A stretch of DNA of 64,000 bases from Lepidodermella squamata (GCA_047495785.1 JBLDXI010000038.1:682001-746000); one strand, 5' to 3'; positions 1 through 13,929 are shown, counted from the first letter of the stretch. The notes: generated by a model not told the origin, from the letters alone. Numbers and translations are program-made.

Positions 1-779
1 CTCATTCACAAACCAGCAAAGCATTTCAAGGCACAGCAATAATTAATTTAATCATATGCGCACAAAATGCTGATAAAACGGTGACGCAAGCCGAGGTTAC
101 AGCAGGCGAGCGCAGCAATGCCTTATGATCAAAACGAGGTGAATCCGATTATAGCCGTAAAAGGAGAGTGAAACGAGCCTAGTCGGCGCCAGTCAAGACT
201 TGTCGAAGCAAGAGTGAAACAAGGCGCAGCCAAGAGCAACGAGTATAGAGACGAGTTCAACGTTTCTCATTTTTTCGAGCCACAATTTTGATGTTTTATC
301 GAACGTATTATCGCTGTGCAAGAGACTCACTCATCGTGCAGCGAGTGACAAATTCTCTGAGCTGGACATGTTCGGCAAGGCGCCTGTGCTCCCTTGCAGC
401 AGAACATGTTATTGAAATGAGGTGAAAAACTCGCATTATATGAGGCGCACGTAAAAAACGGTCAATATTGAATCTTTGCTCTTTTTGAAGAAAGCAACAG
501 CAACGCTTATTCACCAATTCGCACCCCCGTTTTTTATCTGAGTAAAAAATACATGGGCCCTTTTCTTGGCGTGCGTCTCGTTTAGTCCTTTTTAAATGAT
601 GGCATCGGAATAAAGTTAGCGAACCGCTGATATAGTCCCTGAAAATTAGATGATGTGCTCTAATGATGTTGGATCACTCGTTTGATCGCCTTCGAAAACG
701 CTCCCCCGAGTAAACTTGAAATTAGATTTTTCTATATATTATATTATATATTATATATCCGAAATAAATAATCGAATAT

Positions 780-2450
780 TAAATTTTGTTAGCGACCGAT
801 TAATGTCGGCTAGACTAAAGATCTATCGTGAGACCTTCAGCGTCATAGTAGTATATGCACCCGCGGCGAATGATGTGAAATTACTGGACAAATTTATCTC
901 TGACTAACAGCTGGAATAGAACAGATTGGTGACACTGAATGGACAAGTTAAAAGCCAGAAAAACTCAAAGAAAAAGTTGTCGGCGAACACACTAATCCAA
1001 TAGGAAACCCAAAAGGCAACTGCTGGGTTGAATTTGCGGCTAGTAATAATGTGTGCTTTGTAAACTCATTTTTTCCTAATTGCGGATACTCTTGGGTGTC
1101 AGGTGACGGTAAAACCGATCGCTAATTGATTACGTACCAACTCCAACTGAGAACAAGCAATTATTCCACTCGTGTCATATTGTTGAAGAACCTGTTTTGG
1201 GATCTGATCATCGGTTAGTAGTTGCTAAACTAAAACTCCCGTATTACAATAGACCCAAAGCACTTAGCTCTGGAAAAATTCTGAACAATAACAGTCTACG
1301 TGCCAGTAATTATCAAGCTGTTTTCAATGAAAAAATCACTGATCTTCGCACTTCGAAAGTCAGTGATGAAGCATCGACATCTACTAGCCTGAGCGCTCAA
1401 TACAAAAATATGAAAACACGCTACTTTCAGCCACTAGAATCGCGTGCGGTGAGCAAGCAAGAAAACTTTTCAACCCAAAACCACCCTGGTGGTGTAAACA
1501 GGCAGCCGAGGCTGTCAAAACAGCCAAAGCCAGCTATCCGCAGTACCAGAAATATCTGATAATTAAGGAAGTGAATAACAAAGTTCGAGACTGGAAGAAA
1601 AAATTGTTGCAAAAACTAGAGAACGATTTCAACATTAGGGAATTACAAGATTTCAACGATTTGAATGAAGGAAATGACTGGAAAAATTTACGAAAATGTT
1701 GGGCTTAAGTTAAAAAACTACGAAACAAGAAAAGCGGCGGCCCAAATAATGGTAACCCCAGAGATGCTGAAAGCCATGGATGACGCCGGTATTGAATGGC
1801 TTGCTCAAATTCTAAATCAGGCTTGGTCGACTAAGACCATCCCTGAGGAGTGGTCGACGGCGATCATAGCACCATTTTATAAGAATAAGGGCGAAAAATC
1901 AGATTGCAAAAATTATTGCGGCATCAGTTTGCAGAGTGGTGTCGGTAAATTATACGCGATCATTCTGGAACGCAAATTGTGAAGCTTAATTGGCGCAGGA
2001 ATTTCAAAAAGTCAATTTGGTTTTCAACCGAGGAAAGGCTGTAGGGACTGCATTTTTGTGCTTCGAAGACTTATTGAAATAGTTAATCGCGCTGCGGCGG
2101 TAAGGAAATGCATTTGGTTTTCATTGACCTGGTAAAAAGCTTTTATAAATGTAACAAAGTAGCAGTCAAAATAAATGATCAACTCTCGGACTTCTTTGTG
2201 GTGAAGAGGGGCTTACGGCAGAGCTGTCCCTTTTCTCCGCTACTCTTCATCGCAACGTTCGATAAAATCTGCCGAAAATTGATGGACACCCAGGGTGGCT
2301 TCCCCATTTTAATAGTGAACAATTTCTGAACCTGCTTTCGCGGATGATGGAACTTTAATCATGAAGAAATTAAATTATTACTCGGTGTTTTCAATAAGGC
2401 ATGTGCGGAACTAGGTTTGAACTAGGTTTGAATTAGTAAAACTCAATACA
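780..2450 (+). mobile_element. Decayed RTE-like non-LTR retrotransposon (APE endonuclease + RT remnants)
   Basis: Fragmented motifs VYAP, IDY, GSDHRLV, IPEEWSTAIIAPFYKNKGEKSDCKNYCGISL, FIDLVK, GLRQSCPFSPLLF with many stops and frameshifts; 2374-2450 matches the RTE fragment at 38198-38272. Boundaries approximate. Confidence 0.85.
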
Positions 2451-2459
2451 TGATTGAAT

Positions 2460-3083
2460 TAATAGAAATTGACCGGCTGTGAGCCCACGTCGACACCTTG
2501 ACATCGACGGTGAGCAATCTGACAACAACGGTGAGCGATCTGTCGCGGCGAACTAATAGAATCGAGGGATGAGGGATACCCCTCTGGTCGAGTTTGGATG
2601 GCGGTATCCCCGAAATGCCACGAGAAACCGAGCAGCCCCTTATTGACACGATCTTCGAGTGTGTGCCGATGCTGTGCGGCGTACCAATGTCGTGCCAGCG
2701 TTTCGGGCCCCCTCGAAGGAATGCAGAAGGAGCCGCAGAAGGAGCACCCAGAATATGGATCTCGAGGTACCTACCGCCCCACAAGCAGGTGATACACAAG
2801 GCCCTTCATGAGCAGCTAGCGAAAATTATTAGTGAGAAATTTAACTCGGCCGAGTTAAATTATCAAATAAACGGCAACAAACTCGTCACTCAGCAGTTCG
2901 GATCATTTGTCTCCAAATCGGCAATCGAGAAATCGAGCAGCTGCCTAACAACGGCGGTCAACAGCCTCAGCGTGACCGATGGGCAAATCGCTCAAAGGCC
3001 GACGAGGCTCAACAGGCTGCGGCAAACAGACGCCAACAGCAGACGCGTCAACAACAACCACCGCAGCAACATCAACAGCCTAT

Positions 3084-3142
<59 letters not shown>

Positions 3143-3960
3143 ACAACCAGGCCGCAGCAAGAGGCCGCTCGGACGGCACCGCTCGGACGGCACCTTCAAT
3201 CGAAACAACGAAATGGGCGATAATGATGACTACTTCGACGACAACGTGGACAAAGGCAACCTCAACCGCAACAACAACTACCAGCAGCAGCAGCAGTGAC
3301 CCCCACTCTTAACCGTACGAATAAGCGCCCCGTGGAAACAACAAAATAGCAGGCTCACAGCCGGCCACGAAATACTGAATCCAGCGCTAAGGCGCCAAGT
3401 ATGAACTACAAAATGCCTATTTTGTAACACTAAATGCTCCGTCTAAAGTTGAAACCATGATTAAATTAATTACTATTCTAGCCTGGAATATTTTTAAATT
3501 TAGCTCTGAATCATATCCTGATAAGACGACCTAGCTCTTGTAAAACTAGTATCAGTAGAAGAAATAGAACCAATTGTAAAGAAAGCTAAATCTAGTTCAT
3601 GTGCGGGCATAGATCAAATCGACTACGAATGTCTCAAATTAGACGGATGCAAGCAAGGTTTATATCCTTTCTTAGCCATATTATACACGAGTATCCTGGA
3701 AACAGGCGAATGCCGAGAGTGCTAGCGCAGAGCATAACTGATTCCAATACACAAAAAGAGTAGCCGTTTAGACCCGAAAATTTCAACAACCTCCTATCTG
3801 TGTTTCTCGAGCATTCTAGAGATAATTGTGCATGGCTAAAGAAATACTGCGACTTGAACAGTTCGGGTTTACTTCAAAAATAGGCACTGTAGACGCGTGC
3901 ATTGAGCTTTGATAACATGGCTGAGGTTGTCAATGCGAACACGAAAGAATTGCCACGTTT
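2460..3960 (+). mobile_element. Second decayed LINE (ORF1-like low-complexity region followed by RT remnants)
   Basis: Q/G-rich ORF1-like stretch, then degenerate RT-proximal motifs (GIDQI, A..IPIHKKSSRLDP); abuts the broken RTE. Boundaries approximate. Confidence 0.5.
3088..3138 (+). repeat. (GGC)17 microsatellite
   Basis: Perfect trinucleotide run read directly. Confidence 0.97.
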
Positions 3961-4575
3961 TTACCCAACATGATCAATCGGTTCACCTCATATTTGCCGC
4001 CAAATACGTATCATTTCCTATTTAATTCTTATTTGGTTAGTAACTAAACCTGCGCTGGCGGATTCTGAGGCAAAACAAGAAAAACGTGGTAATTCGAAAC
4101 ATCGTCTGACAGTCCCCGCAGCAAACCTTCTAATCAAAATCACAAATCGCATATCAACAGACAGCTAAGAACACAAGCATTCGAACGGTGAAAATATTTC
4201 GCTATTATCACCAATGGCATCAGAGATATCGCGGGGACAAACTGTTCAGTTGATGCATTGACGAATAGTTTGAAAAACTTATATTGATCATGGAAAACTC
4301 TAGCTTGACGATTATTTTATGCTTCGAAGTTCTAGACTGAGTAATAATAAAGGAATAAGGTCATTCCTTTTCCTATTTCCTATTCCTTTCAAGATAAATG
4401 AACGACGAGTCGAATGGTATCAAGATTAGCCATCATAGCCATCAAAGCAGCTGAGAAACTTAACTTCACTGTTTACCAGTGAAAACTTCCTCGAGAAAAA
4501 TTAGCGCCCCAATAAGTTACAATAAATCGCGCAGCACCACTATTCACTTGTTAAAGGTCAAAGCAAATTAATTAC

Positions 4576-5581
4576 CTGGTCGAGTGAGGGCGGGGTCGAG
4601 GGTGTCAGGTCTGTTGGTGGCCATAAGCACCTTGATGTTACCGCGAGGGTCGAAGCCGTCGAGCTGGTTGATCAACTCGAGCATAGTACGCTGCACTTCG
4701 TTGTCACCACCAGCGCCGTCGTCGAAACGCGCACCGCCGATCGCGTCGATTTCATCGAAAAAGATGATGCAGGCCTTCTTGCCGCGCGCCATCTCGAACA
4801 GTTCACGAACCATGCGCGCACCCTCGCCAACGTATTTCTGAACGAGTTCAGAGCCGATAACACGGATGAAGCAAGCGTCGGTTCGGTTTGCGACAGCTCG
4901 CGCACACAGCGTCTTGCCCGTACCAGGCGGGCCGTAGCAAAGAACACCCTTCGGCGGTTCGATACCGAGGTTGACGAAACGTTCCGGGTGGAGAAGCGGC
5001 AGTTCAACGACCTCGCGCAGCTTTTCAATCTGCTCCTTGCAACCACCGACATCCGCATACGTGATATCAGGCTTCTCTTCGACCTGCATCATCGTAACGG
5101 TTGGGTCGATTTTAGGCGGGAGAGGCAGGTGGATCTGGTACTTGTTACGATCGACACCAACTCGCATGCCCTCCTCGATATCGGTCGGCGCAACATTCTC
5201 GCTGAGTTCGACCACGAATTTCGCGAACTGCTTAACATTAATGATGTAACGCGGTTCGTCTGGATTGGTGTTGATGATTTTCGTACAGCGAGCGACTTGT
5301 AGCGGCTGTTCGGTCTGCAGCACTTGTTTATCGGCAGCCAAATCCCAGAGAGCGGGCGAGGCAAGACCAGTATCGGACTCTTTAATACCCGATAGTTCGT
5401 TCACCTTCTTCACTAGACCGTCGATTTCTTCCTGGCATTTTTTAATCGAACGGGTGTACATGCCAACGCCATATGTCTTCAAAATTTCAATGTCACCAGC
5501 GTCGAGAGCCTGGATCGGCTTTTCCTCTTCTTCCTTAACCTCATTCGTCTTACGCATGTCGTCCCCCAGGTAGTCAGGCAT
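4576..5581 (-). CDS. PSMC2: 26S proteasome AAA-ATPase subunit 7 (Rpt1), first coding exon; remainder presumably left of the window
   Basis: MPDYLGDD N-terminus, Walker A GPPGTGKT, Walker [24 protein letters not shown]; the ORF reads into a splice donor CCAG|GTAATT at 4575. Confidence 0.96.
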
Positions 5582-5772
5582 TCTGAATATAGGAGATTAA
5601 CACCAAATATAATAAAACCTAGTAAAAGAATTCAGTGTAAGTCGACAAAATTTTAATAATTGAACAGTGACCAGGCAGCGCCATGTCAAAATAGAAACCG
5701 TATATCAAACTTGAACCAATGTTAGTTACCCTGATTTTAGTACTCCGGTGAAAATTAGAAAAGGTCTTGACT

Positions 5773-6594
5773 TCATTCGTCCTTCAGACTAGGGTCGAGT
5801 TGAAACATACACTCGGCTAGTTCGTGACCATCAAGCCAGAAGGATGCGTTGCATTTGAGCTCCGGATCGTTGTCCCGAGGGCGCCGCTTAGATGTCTTCT
5901 TCCCACCAAGACTCTCCGTAATAATCGAATGCAGAGTGTAGCCCGTCCGCGCGAATACGTGATGTTTTTGCGATGGTAGCTGAACAGCAGCGCACCAGTC
6001 GTTCCACCCATCGCCGACGTACCATATTTCCGGCTCGCCAAACTGTCTGAATTCGTTGATTATCCGACTGATTTCCGAGCCTTTGCATAAATTCTCGGGG
6101 CAATCTTGCGTAGGACATGAGCCAGACATCGCCCGAGTCGCCTGTTCCTCCTTCGGACTCACCCGCAGACGACCAACTTCATCGAATTCAGCATGATTGG
6201 TTATCACACACGTAAAATATTGCCGTAATTTATTCGCCTCTAGAGCCGTTTCGATGAACAGAGTATTGGCATCAGAAAGAACCATAAGCCGATGATCAGA
6301 TCTGGCGGCTAATTTGCGTATAAGCTCGGGAATGCCGTTTATGAAGGGTAGGGTGGCTAAAGCGCGGCAAAATTCGTCCTTCTGAACAGAATGATCCACA
6401 TGTAAGTGATCAAAGATTTTGTTCATATGCCCAAGCCATGAGCCGCCCGTATACGTGATTGGGACTGGCTTGCCATTCGTCAGCATCGGGAATATGTGCT
6501 CATCACTGTTGCAGTTGATCAATGTGTGGTCGAAGTCGAAAATGACTAAACGTTTACAAGTATTGGTCGAGCCACCATTGCTTGACTCGGTCAT
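5773..6594 (-). CDS. PHOSPHO1/PHOSPHO2-like HAD phosphatase, paralogue A (intronless; alternative ATG at 6627)
   Basis: Motif I DFDHT, motif II LSDAN, CPENLCKG, motif IV YVGDGWND. Confidence 0.92.
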   Translation of the reverse strand: MTESSNGGSTNTCKRLVIFDFDHTLINCNSDEHIFPMLTNGKPVPITYTGGSWLGHMNKIFDHLHVDHSVQKDEFCRALATLPFINGIPELIRKLAARSDHRLMVLSDANTLFIETALEANKLRQYFTCVITNHAEFDEVGRLRVSPKEEQATRAMSGSCPTQDCPENLCKGSEISRIINEFRQFGEPEIWYVGDGWNDWCAAVQLPSQKHHVFARTGYTLHSIITESLGGKKTSKRRPRDNDPELKCNASFWLDGHELAECMFQLDPSLKDE

Positions 6595-6789
6595 TACAGG
6601 GTAAGAAAATTTCCTATACACAAACATGGAATTAAATTAAAACCAGGTCTCATGCGGCGATGACCTGACATCAGGTGGTGTCATTGCCACTCTTTCCCGC
6701 TACGATAAAGCGGAAGCAACCAGAATTGGAAAGATATTAAATGCGCGAGGCGATACCCGGTATGCAAGATAGAAAGGGCTTTACACATA

Positions 6790-7832
6790 CAGGGTGTTCA
6801 AGAAATAATATCTAATCTAATTATACAATGAACTTTAACCAGACAGCACGCGATAAATATTTTCAAATTTTGAAAGAAACTGGACGGCGAGTGCTTTGAG
6901 TTTTTGAACTAGTTCAAAAACCCGTCTTTCCTCAATACTTTCGCGCCAATATTCAGTCTTTTTTAGGGACAAAGTATTTAAACCCTTAAACCTGAAAAAT
7001 TGAAGTTTAGTAAGTTCAGTAAGACGAGCAAGCAAACGCGTGCCCTGTTAGGAATTCACTGGTTCAAAGTTCAATGGTAAATAATTGTTGAACTATTTTT
7101 GGAGTTGGACATTGGCCAGAAGAAACGTGATATTTTTCCCAAAGTCGCGCTGTCATAGGTCATAGCAGAAAATTATTTTTCATGATAACCGGAATTTTTT
7201 TTTGCTTGAAATTTGCCCAAATCATGCAATTTTTAAATTCAACATATGAAATAAGATTTGAAATATGAAAAAGTAAATCAACGGAGAATAGGATGACAAT
7301 TTTAAAGGACCGGAAGATCATGAATATTTCTTTTTATCAGTATTGGGTGAAAACAGTAGGTTTTCTACCGTGTCGAGGTATGATAGGCTAGGGTTTTCCA
7401 CGGGTCGAAAATCGAGGATCGACCTGGCCCGTCAGTAAATATCTTCAAACAGACCGAGCGGAGAAATATGGCACACTAACCCAGTTACACCTCATCCCGC
7501 CCACGCCATAATTATTGGCGCACTTCTCAACTAACCAGCTATTTTTGGCAGAGGGGACCACCAGTGGTAATTTTGATGCTTGGTACTTGGTAAAACGGAT
7601 AAAACCGTCCAGGCAGAAAACTGCGTTTTGAGTATTAAAATTGCATTTTTTTCATTTGTTTTTTCTTTCTCTTAATCCGGCACACGATAAAAAAACATGC
7701 TAGAAGCAGACGTAAAACGACGAGGTCAAGGTTTGATGTCAAAGTGGAAATAGGTCGCTGTCATCAATCGCGTGTCGTCTGGCCAAAGTTCAATTCCAAA
7801 AATAGCCCAACTATTATTTCTTGAACACCCTG
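6790..7832. mobile_element. Tc1/mariner-type non-autonomous element (MITE)
   Basis: TIR CAGGGTGTTCAAGAAATAA...TTATTTCTTGAACACCCTG with TA on both sides. Confidence 0.9.
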
Positions 7833-7897
7833 TAGTTATAGAAACAAATGCGCAAATATTAAAAAGAAGTGAACACTATAGTGCAGATCGAGCCATT

Positions 7898-8907
7898 TGT
7901 ACAACAAAACATTCAGCAATACATGATAATTTGATACTATTACTGTTGTTACTGTTACTCTAACTGTAACCATATTTGCACATTTCAAAGGTAGATTCGT
8001 GATTTCAAGCAGCCCGAAGCACAAATACGTCTCACGAGCAAATATTCATTGCGTTGAACTTCATCACAATTACATGGTAGTCGAGCGTTTTTAATATAAA
8101 ATAAAAACTAATAAAAACAAAATCCGAGAAATTCACATCAATATTATGGCAAAATTAGTGATACAAATAGTGTATCAAACGCGCATTTCCAGAGTGGGCA
8201 TACAACAATATCTGCAGCATATAAGAGGTTGAGCTACGATATAATAGCCTCTTAGTAAAGCGAGATTGCACTGACTCTAGTTCTTCAATATCTTCTAGGA
8301 GACGGGGAATAATTGGAAAGACAGTAGTCGAGGAGTGAAAATGTATGATTTGTGTACGCCTGAAGCACAACGATTTGGATACTCTAATACGATCATGCAG
8401 CTTGACACTAACTTAGAAATCACGGACAGTAGTAACGCGATTGCAACGATATCAACTTCTTTCGAGAGATCAATATATATAGAACAATCACATTTAGCAT
8501 TGGCGTGTTTCCACATATATCTCACGCCATATCGAGACATCTCACCCTGTAGCAACAAGAATAGACCGATAACGCGCAAGTTTCTCAATGAGAATCGCTG
8601 GTGGATTGTAAGGTCCACCATAGGTTTTTCTTTCATTCCAACAAACAAAGGTGAAAAAATATTCTATAAGTAAACTGTTCTTTGTTATACGCACCAGCAA
8701 ATATTTTCTGAAAACTTCTGCTTTTCATCGATTCATTTTCATACACATAGCCGGTATAGCAGGTCGGGAATTAAATCGAAGCCATCAGTAGTTATAAAGA
8801 TCCCCAATCTTGCTGTTTGACAGTAAGTTCTTATCATACGCCATGCTGTCTCACACTCATCCGGTTTTCAGTTGTAAAGGCAACTAGCAGTTTTGTGGCG
8901 AGCATAA
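7898..8907 (-). repeat. CR1-like LINE 3' relic plus ~50 bp of Gypsy sequence; duplicate of 18831-19826
   Basis: Long near-identical match to 18831-19826; IEELESVQSRFTKRLL motif. Confidence 0.88.
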
Positions 8908-9399
8908 TCCGATGACGTGTTCCATTTTTTTTTACAAAATTAGCAAACAAGCGTTTGTTACGATTTGAGAGTCGCAGTATTCAGAAGTTATACACAACAT
9001 TTTACGTTTTTTGCGCAATTTAGGGTAAAGTGCCCCAAATCTGCAAAAAACTGCAGACTTTTGAAGTGATCTTTATCGAAGGCTGAAGCCTGCGGGATGT
9101 CACTCTTTAGCTGGCAGGGTGTCTTCACCCTCGAACTGCATGATTCCAAAAGGAAATTTTGGAAAAGCTCACCATTTTACATAAATTCAAAAACTGCAAA
9201 TTTTGAGCACTATACCCTACGCCGAGGCACCTCAAACAACAAGACTCCCTTATATAGCCCATGTAGAAAACGAGTGTAACAAAGATCAACAGATAAACCC
9301 AGGTCTCTATCCAGTCAGCAGACTCACCCGGAAGCAGCGTGGTCATAAAATAGAAGCGCCGCTCATCTTCTTCCCAACGTCACAGGTGCTTTGATCACC

Positions 9400-9780
9400 G
9401 CCTGTTTCTTGGACACCACCAAATAAGCCATCTGTTACATCGTAACAACTATCAGGCCGAATAGCGTCGACGAGGCTATATCGGTGGAGATCGGTTCAGA
9501 CAGTCGCTAAACACTTGCGCGAACTCAACTAGTACGGCACGCATGGCGGCGGCGTCGGCGTCACTAAGACCTATCTTTGAGCGAGACTTAAGGTCTTCGA
9601 AGTCGTCCGGCACCGAGTCGGACGCGGAGGGCGGGGCGAACGAGAAGGATCAAACGGTAAGGTTGACCTCGGCCCGGTTCACGAACAGCAATACCGCCGA
9701 GAACAACGCGGTGCTCGTCGCCCCTCACGACAAGGACGGGCTGGTCGAGTGGGTCGAGGTTGGAGGCTAAAATAGCCTAG
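9400..9780 (-). mobile_element. Gypsy pol fragment (protease-RT linker)
   Basis: Minus-strand translation SFAPPSASDSVPDDFEDLKSRSKIGLSDADAAA aligns with SFAPPSQSESFPDDVRALIDRSVVGLNPDDGAA at 32.4 kb. Confidence 0.6.
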
Positions 9781-11855
9781 ACCGAGTGCAGTGACAAAGA
9801 GTCAAAGAGTGTCCAAGCAACACCTAATATCGACATGCAGGCATGTGTGGTGGTCGAGGTGGGCGAGTTGAGCGGTAGTCATGCAGCCTTTAACCAACCG
9901 GCCATCGACGGTACTGAGACCCTAAGTGGCCGAACGGCGGCAAAAGACGGCGCCACTCGACACCGCGAAAGCGGAGATGTAGCAAACGACTACGGCCTTA
10001 TTGCACAGCAAGCGGTTCAGGCCGATGATCAAGTCGTGAAATGATCACGATATCACCTGAAAAACGTATTAAATAATCACTCGAAACAGTATTAAATGAT
10101 ACGGAAGGAGCATAGAGAATAGCATATAGAATAAAATGATAAGAGTAGAAACTCTCGCTATTTGAGACCCGCCAAGCGTCCCCTACAAAGCAGATGGCTT
10201 CAAAGCAGGATAAACCCATTTAATAAAGCGGTGCACATGCCACGCAACAATAAATCGAATTAATTACGATAAAATTATGCGTAATTTTTCTGAATATGGG
10301 ATAATCATAATTTTAAGAGCCCGGCTTATGAATTTTGAAACATTTTCGAAAAACGACTTTTTTGCCCAAATTGAGTTCTGAGCTACATTGCGGAGTTTTC
10401 ATCAAGTTTTCCTAAATTTTGTGTGTTAAAAGCTTGAATAGCTGACCGTCGTGTTAGTACATTGGTTGAAAATGTACTGTAGGCTGAGCCTGAGCGCCTG
10501 TTGGGAGGAATGTTTAGTGCGTTTATCCAGCTTTGAAGCCATCAGCCTTGTATGGGACCCGCCAAGCGATTTCGACCGTATCTCTATCTTCAATCATTCG
10601 AAAATAACGTGTTTTGCAATAATTATTAAGCGTCAGCTGTTGTCTTTTCAAATGACTAGACATGGCCGAAATCGCTTGGCGGGTCTCATTTTAAAGAACC
10701 AATTATTTCGCTTCATTTGGCTTTTTACATGAAAACACACTTTTGGAAAAAAACGTTTACATTGCGAAGTGCACAAATCACAGTAAACAGGGCATGATCC
10801 ACAAATGATGTATACATTCTTAATAATTCTCTTTGGCATAAATCGCATGAGCCTTTTTTGACAGAATGAGAAAATTTCGAATTTGCTAACGGTGTATGAC
10901 TCGAGCTGGGGAATTAAAGAGCGGTTACATAGCGATATGTTTCCTGAACGTTATTTTCCATGCTATTGCATACGGGCTGGATTAAACGTTATGGGCAAGT
11001 TGGCGGTCCTTATTTTCTTATTTTCAGCGAGGAAAGTAGGCCGGCCAACCTGCCACGGACGCAGTTTATCGGTAAAAAAGTTTGCCGCTCGCTCGCTATG
11101 CTCGCTCGCGAACTGCTATACTGTTTCATATTATCAAGTATCGAAAACGCTAGTTTGCGACTTTCATTTTTCCCACAGTTTTTCGCCCCCGATTAGCCTG
11201 AAATAGTCATTTGATTACGAACTTCGAATTTTACTTTTTAACTGTGTTTTGCGAGCGAAGCGAAATTTTTCGAGATTTTGCAGCAAGAATGGCCTGAAAA
11301 TGCTAAAATCTCGAACAATTTCAAAAACAAAAAACAAAATCGAACTTAATTCACCTATAAAAGACTTGAAACTTATCACCTTTTGATGAATAAGTATGTT
11401 ACGAATGAAGTTTCCAACTCAAGTAATACTTATGTTCTGCTCTCAAAGTCGCGAGCAAATTACAAATTAGCATGCGCTATGATTATAGCGAGCGAAGCGA
11501 GCTTAGCTAAAGAGATTTTGCCGTAAATAAGGCTTAAAATAGCCTTTGCCACACTCCTTTTTCGATACAACTACGCCCTACCAGCCAACCTACCAGGGAT
11601 TTCAGCGTCCCTGGCGGGGACGCCTTGACCCTCAAACCTACCAGGTACGCGTCCCTGGTACTACCCTCATCGTCCCTGGCGTCCCTGGTGCTACTTTCCT
11701 CGCTGCTTATTTTTGAGAAGAATCCCGACTTCTCAACTAACCAGATCATTTACTCGCACTCCCAGCACGAAAATTTCTATTCAAAACTGGCAAAAAACTC
11801 ACCCTACTTCTTGGGTTACTAGCCATAGGTATTCAAGTATCTAGGAGATTGTGTA

Positions 11856-12621
11856 CAGGGTGTGCAAGAAATAATGGCTAGCTATATTTAGCATTGAACT
11901 TTGAACGAGTGACATCCGTTTTACAGGGCACGCGTTTTCTTGCTCGTCTTACTGAATTTACTAAACTTCAATTGTTCAGGTTCAAGGGTTTAAATACTTC
12001 GTCCCTAAAAACGACTGAATAATGGCGAAAAAGTATTGAAGAAACACAATGCCGTCCAGTATGTATCTTTCAACATTTGAAAATTTGTATCACGTGCTGT
12101 CTGGTTAAAGTTCATACTACCGTAAATACCGAATTATAAGAGAGTGCCTTATAATAATTTCAAATGCCCCAAATGTCCTGCCTTGTAAAACGGGTCTGCC
12201 TTTTATTTCGGGTCTGCCTTATATTTATTTTTACCGAGCACGAGAAATTCATTCATCATCATCACCAGTTATAATTTCAACCTCATCGTCACTTTGGGAC
12301 ACCAGGGAGGCGCCTGCGTTCTTTACCTCCTTTGCTGCTAGCGACTGTGAGTAAACAAGGGATTAAATTCCTCACAGGTGGATTAAGTACTGCTTAGCTC
12401 TATCAAGTGCGCGAGATTAAGCTTCTTCCATTTGCACAGCTGACGCTTACTCAAGCCGGAAAATAAGAGGCACGTGCCTTATATTTCGGTTCTGCCTTAT
12501 ATTATTTCAATTGACCTGTGACCTCTGCCCTCAATTCCGGTCCTGCCTTAAATTTAGGTGATGCCTAGTAATTCGGTATTTACGGTATAATTAGATTGGA
12601 TATTATTTCTTGAACACCCTG
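11856..12621. mobile_element. Shorter, inverted copy of the 6790-7832 Tc1/mariner MITE
   Basis: TA-CAGGGTGTGCAAGAAATAA...TTATTTCTTGAACACCCTG-TA; internal sequence is the reverse complement of ~6830-7080. Confidence 0.9.
12120..12585. mobile_element. pogo/Tigger-like MITE nested in the previous MITE
   Basis: TIR CCGTAAATACCGAATTA...TAATTCGGTATTTACGG, TA TSD, internal CTGCCTTA repeats. Confidence 0.88.
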
Positions 12622-12974
12622 TACCTAAAAGCGATGGCTTTGTCGTCTAATTGGTGACAGAAACTTTCCACAAAACATGAGCTTGAAGTTGAATTTTTGA
12701 GTGAAAAAAGCTATTTTGGCTGGTCGTGGTTCGAAACTACGACCAATTAGACTATTGCATGATTAATTTGACTTATTAAACATTTTACGTTTGATTTTAC
12801 GATCGTCGAAGTCCTCCTGTTCTTTCCCAAGGGGGATAGCCAATCGGAATGTGGAATAGTTTAGGGCCAGTGGGTCGATTTTCAACCCAACTACCCACAT
12901 TTCTGCCGAATGCCGGAATACCTGTGACAAGCGAAACGAGCTTATCTGACAGTATTTTTTCCGGAATATCTTTT

Positions 12975-13340
12975 AGCGGAACCAAATTTACAGTGAGCGG
13001 AACCTAATTTGCTGTTGCGGAACCAAATATGCTGTAGCGGAACCAAATTTGCTTTTTGCGGAACCAAAGTCGAAATATGCCAAGAGTCATTTTTTGAATA
13101 TTTCTAAGAATTTCAGGCTAAGCATGAATTCTGAATTGAACACCGCGTCTTATAGAGAATGTTGCGCTGAATTCATTAGTGAATTTTCTAGAATTATTGT
13201 GGCCAATTTCGACCTGCAAATAATATCCAAAAATCACTTTCAGGCTACTAGAAAATTCCAAAATTTGGTTCCGCTAGCAGCAAATTTGGTTCCGCTACAG
13301 CATATTTGGTTCCGCTCACCGTATATTTGGTTCCGCTAAC
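12975..13340. repeat. Foldback-type MITE with arms of ~21-bp tandem units
   Basis: Five GCGGAACC(A/T)AAT units on the left and four ATTTGGTTCCGCT units on the right, in inverted orientation. Confidence 0.8.
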
Positions 13341-13929
13341 AGGAGGATCCTATTTTTTCGAGTGAGAGTCTAATAATTAAAGGCATAATTTTGACGAATA
13401 ATGGTCCCGAATCACTAAAATTTTGATTAAACATCAGTTTCCGAGCAAGGTATGACAATGGTCTCTGCCTGCCGTTGAAGATGGCACTGGTGTTAATGAT
13501 CAGAGAATTTTACAGGTTTAATTTTACGGTTCTTAAAAACGGGAAAATAGCGAATTTCCGACTTGTCAAAGGCGAGAGCGATTGGAAATCCACGTTGCTT
13601 ATAAAAAGTGGGAAATGTGTCAATCAACTCGACTTCCATCACACATCGCTCATGGTATTTATTCATAGTAAAAAATCCGAGATGGCTAATCGCAAGCGAA
13701 ATATGGGCACTTTTTGCTTGCTTTCAGTTGCAAAACTATTCTAGCAGGAATTGTATCAACTTCTCGCAAAATTAATTTAGCAAAATTAGCGAGAGTTTCC
13801 ACCCTTAACATTCTATTCTTTATAGGATTATGTACGAAAATGCCACGAAAATGAATCACGATACGAAATGCCATGTATAAACTAACACTTACCTAATCAG
13901 CATCTGCATTATTTTTCTTATCTGCTTAG

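Noticed and set aside
2594-3299. Poly-Ala / poly-Arg host proteins
   Set aside because: These are alternative frames of the (GGC)17 run inside a LINE relic.
4584-5573. Overlapping antisense and alternate-frame ORFs (also over the RTE, Gypsy and P regions)
   Set aside because: Shadow ORFs of GC-rich coding sequence with no motifs.
4568-5581. Truncated Rpt1 pseudogene of 337 aa
   Set aside because: The ORF runs into a canonical donor and the exon has no lesions.
12975-13340. Regularly spaced short repeats resembling a CRISPR array
   Set aside because: Spacers are only ~8 bp, the arms are inverted, the context is eukaryotic and there are no cas genes; it is a foldback MITE.
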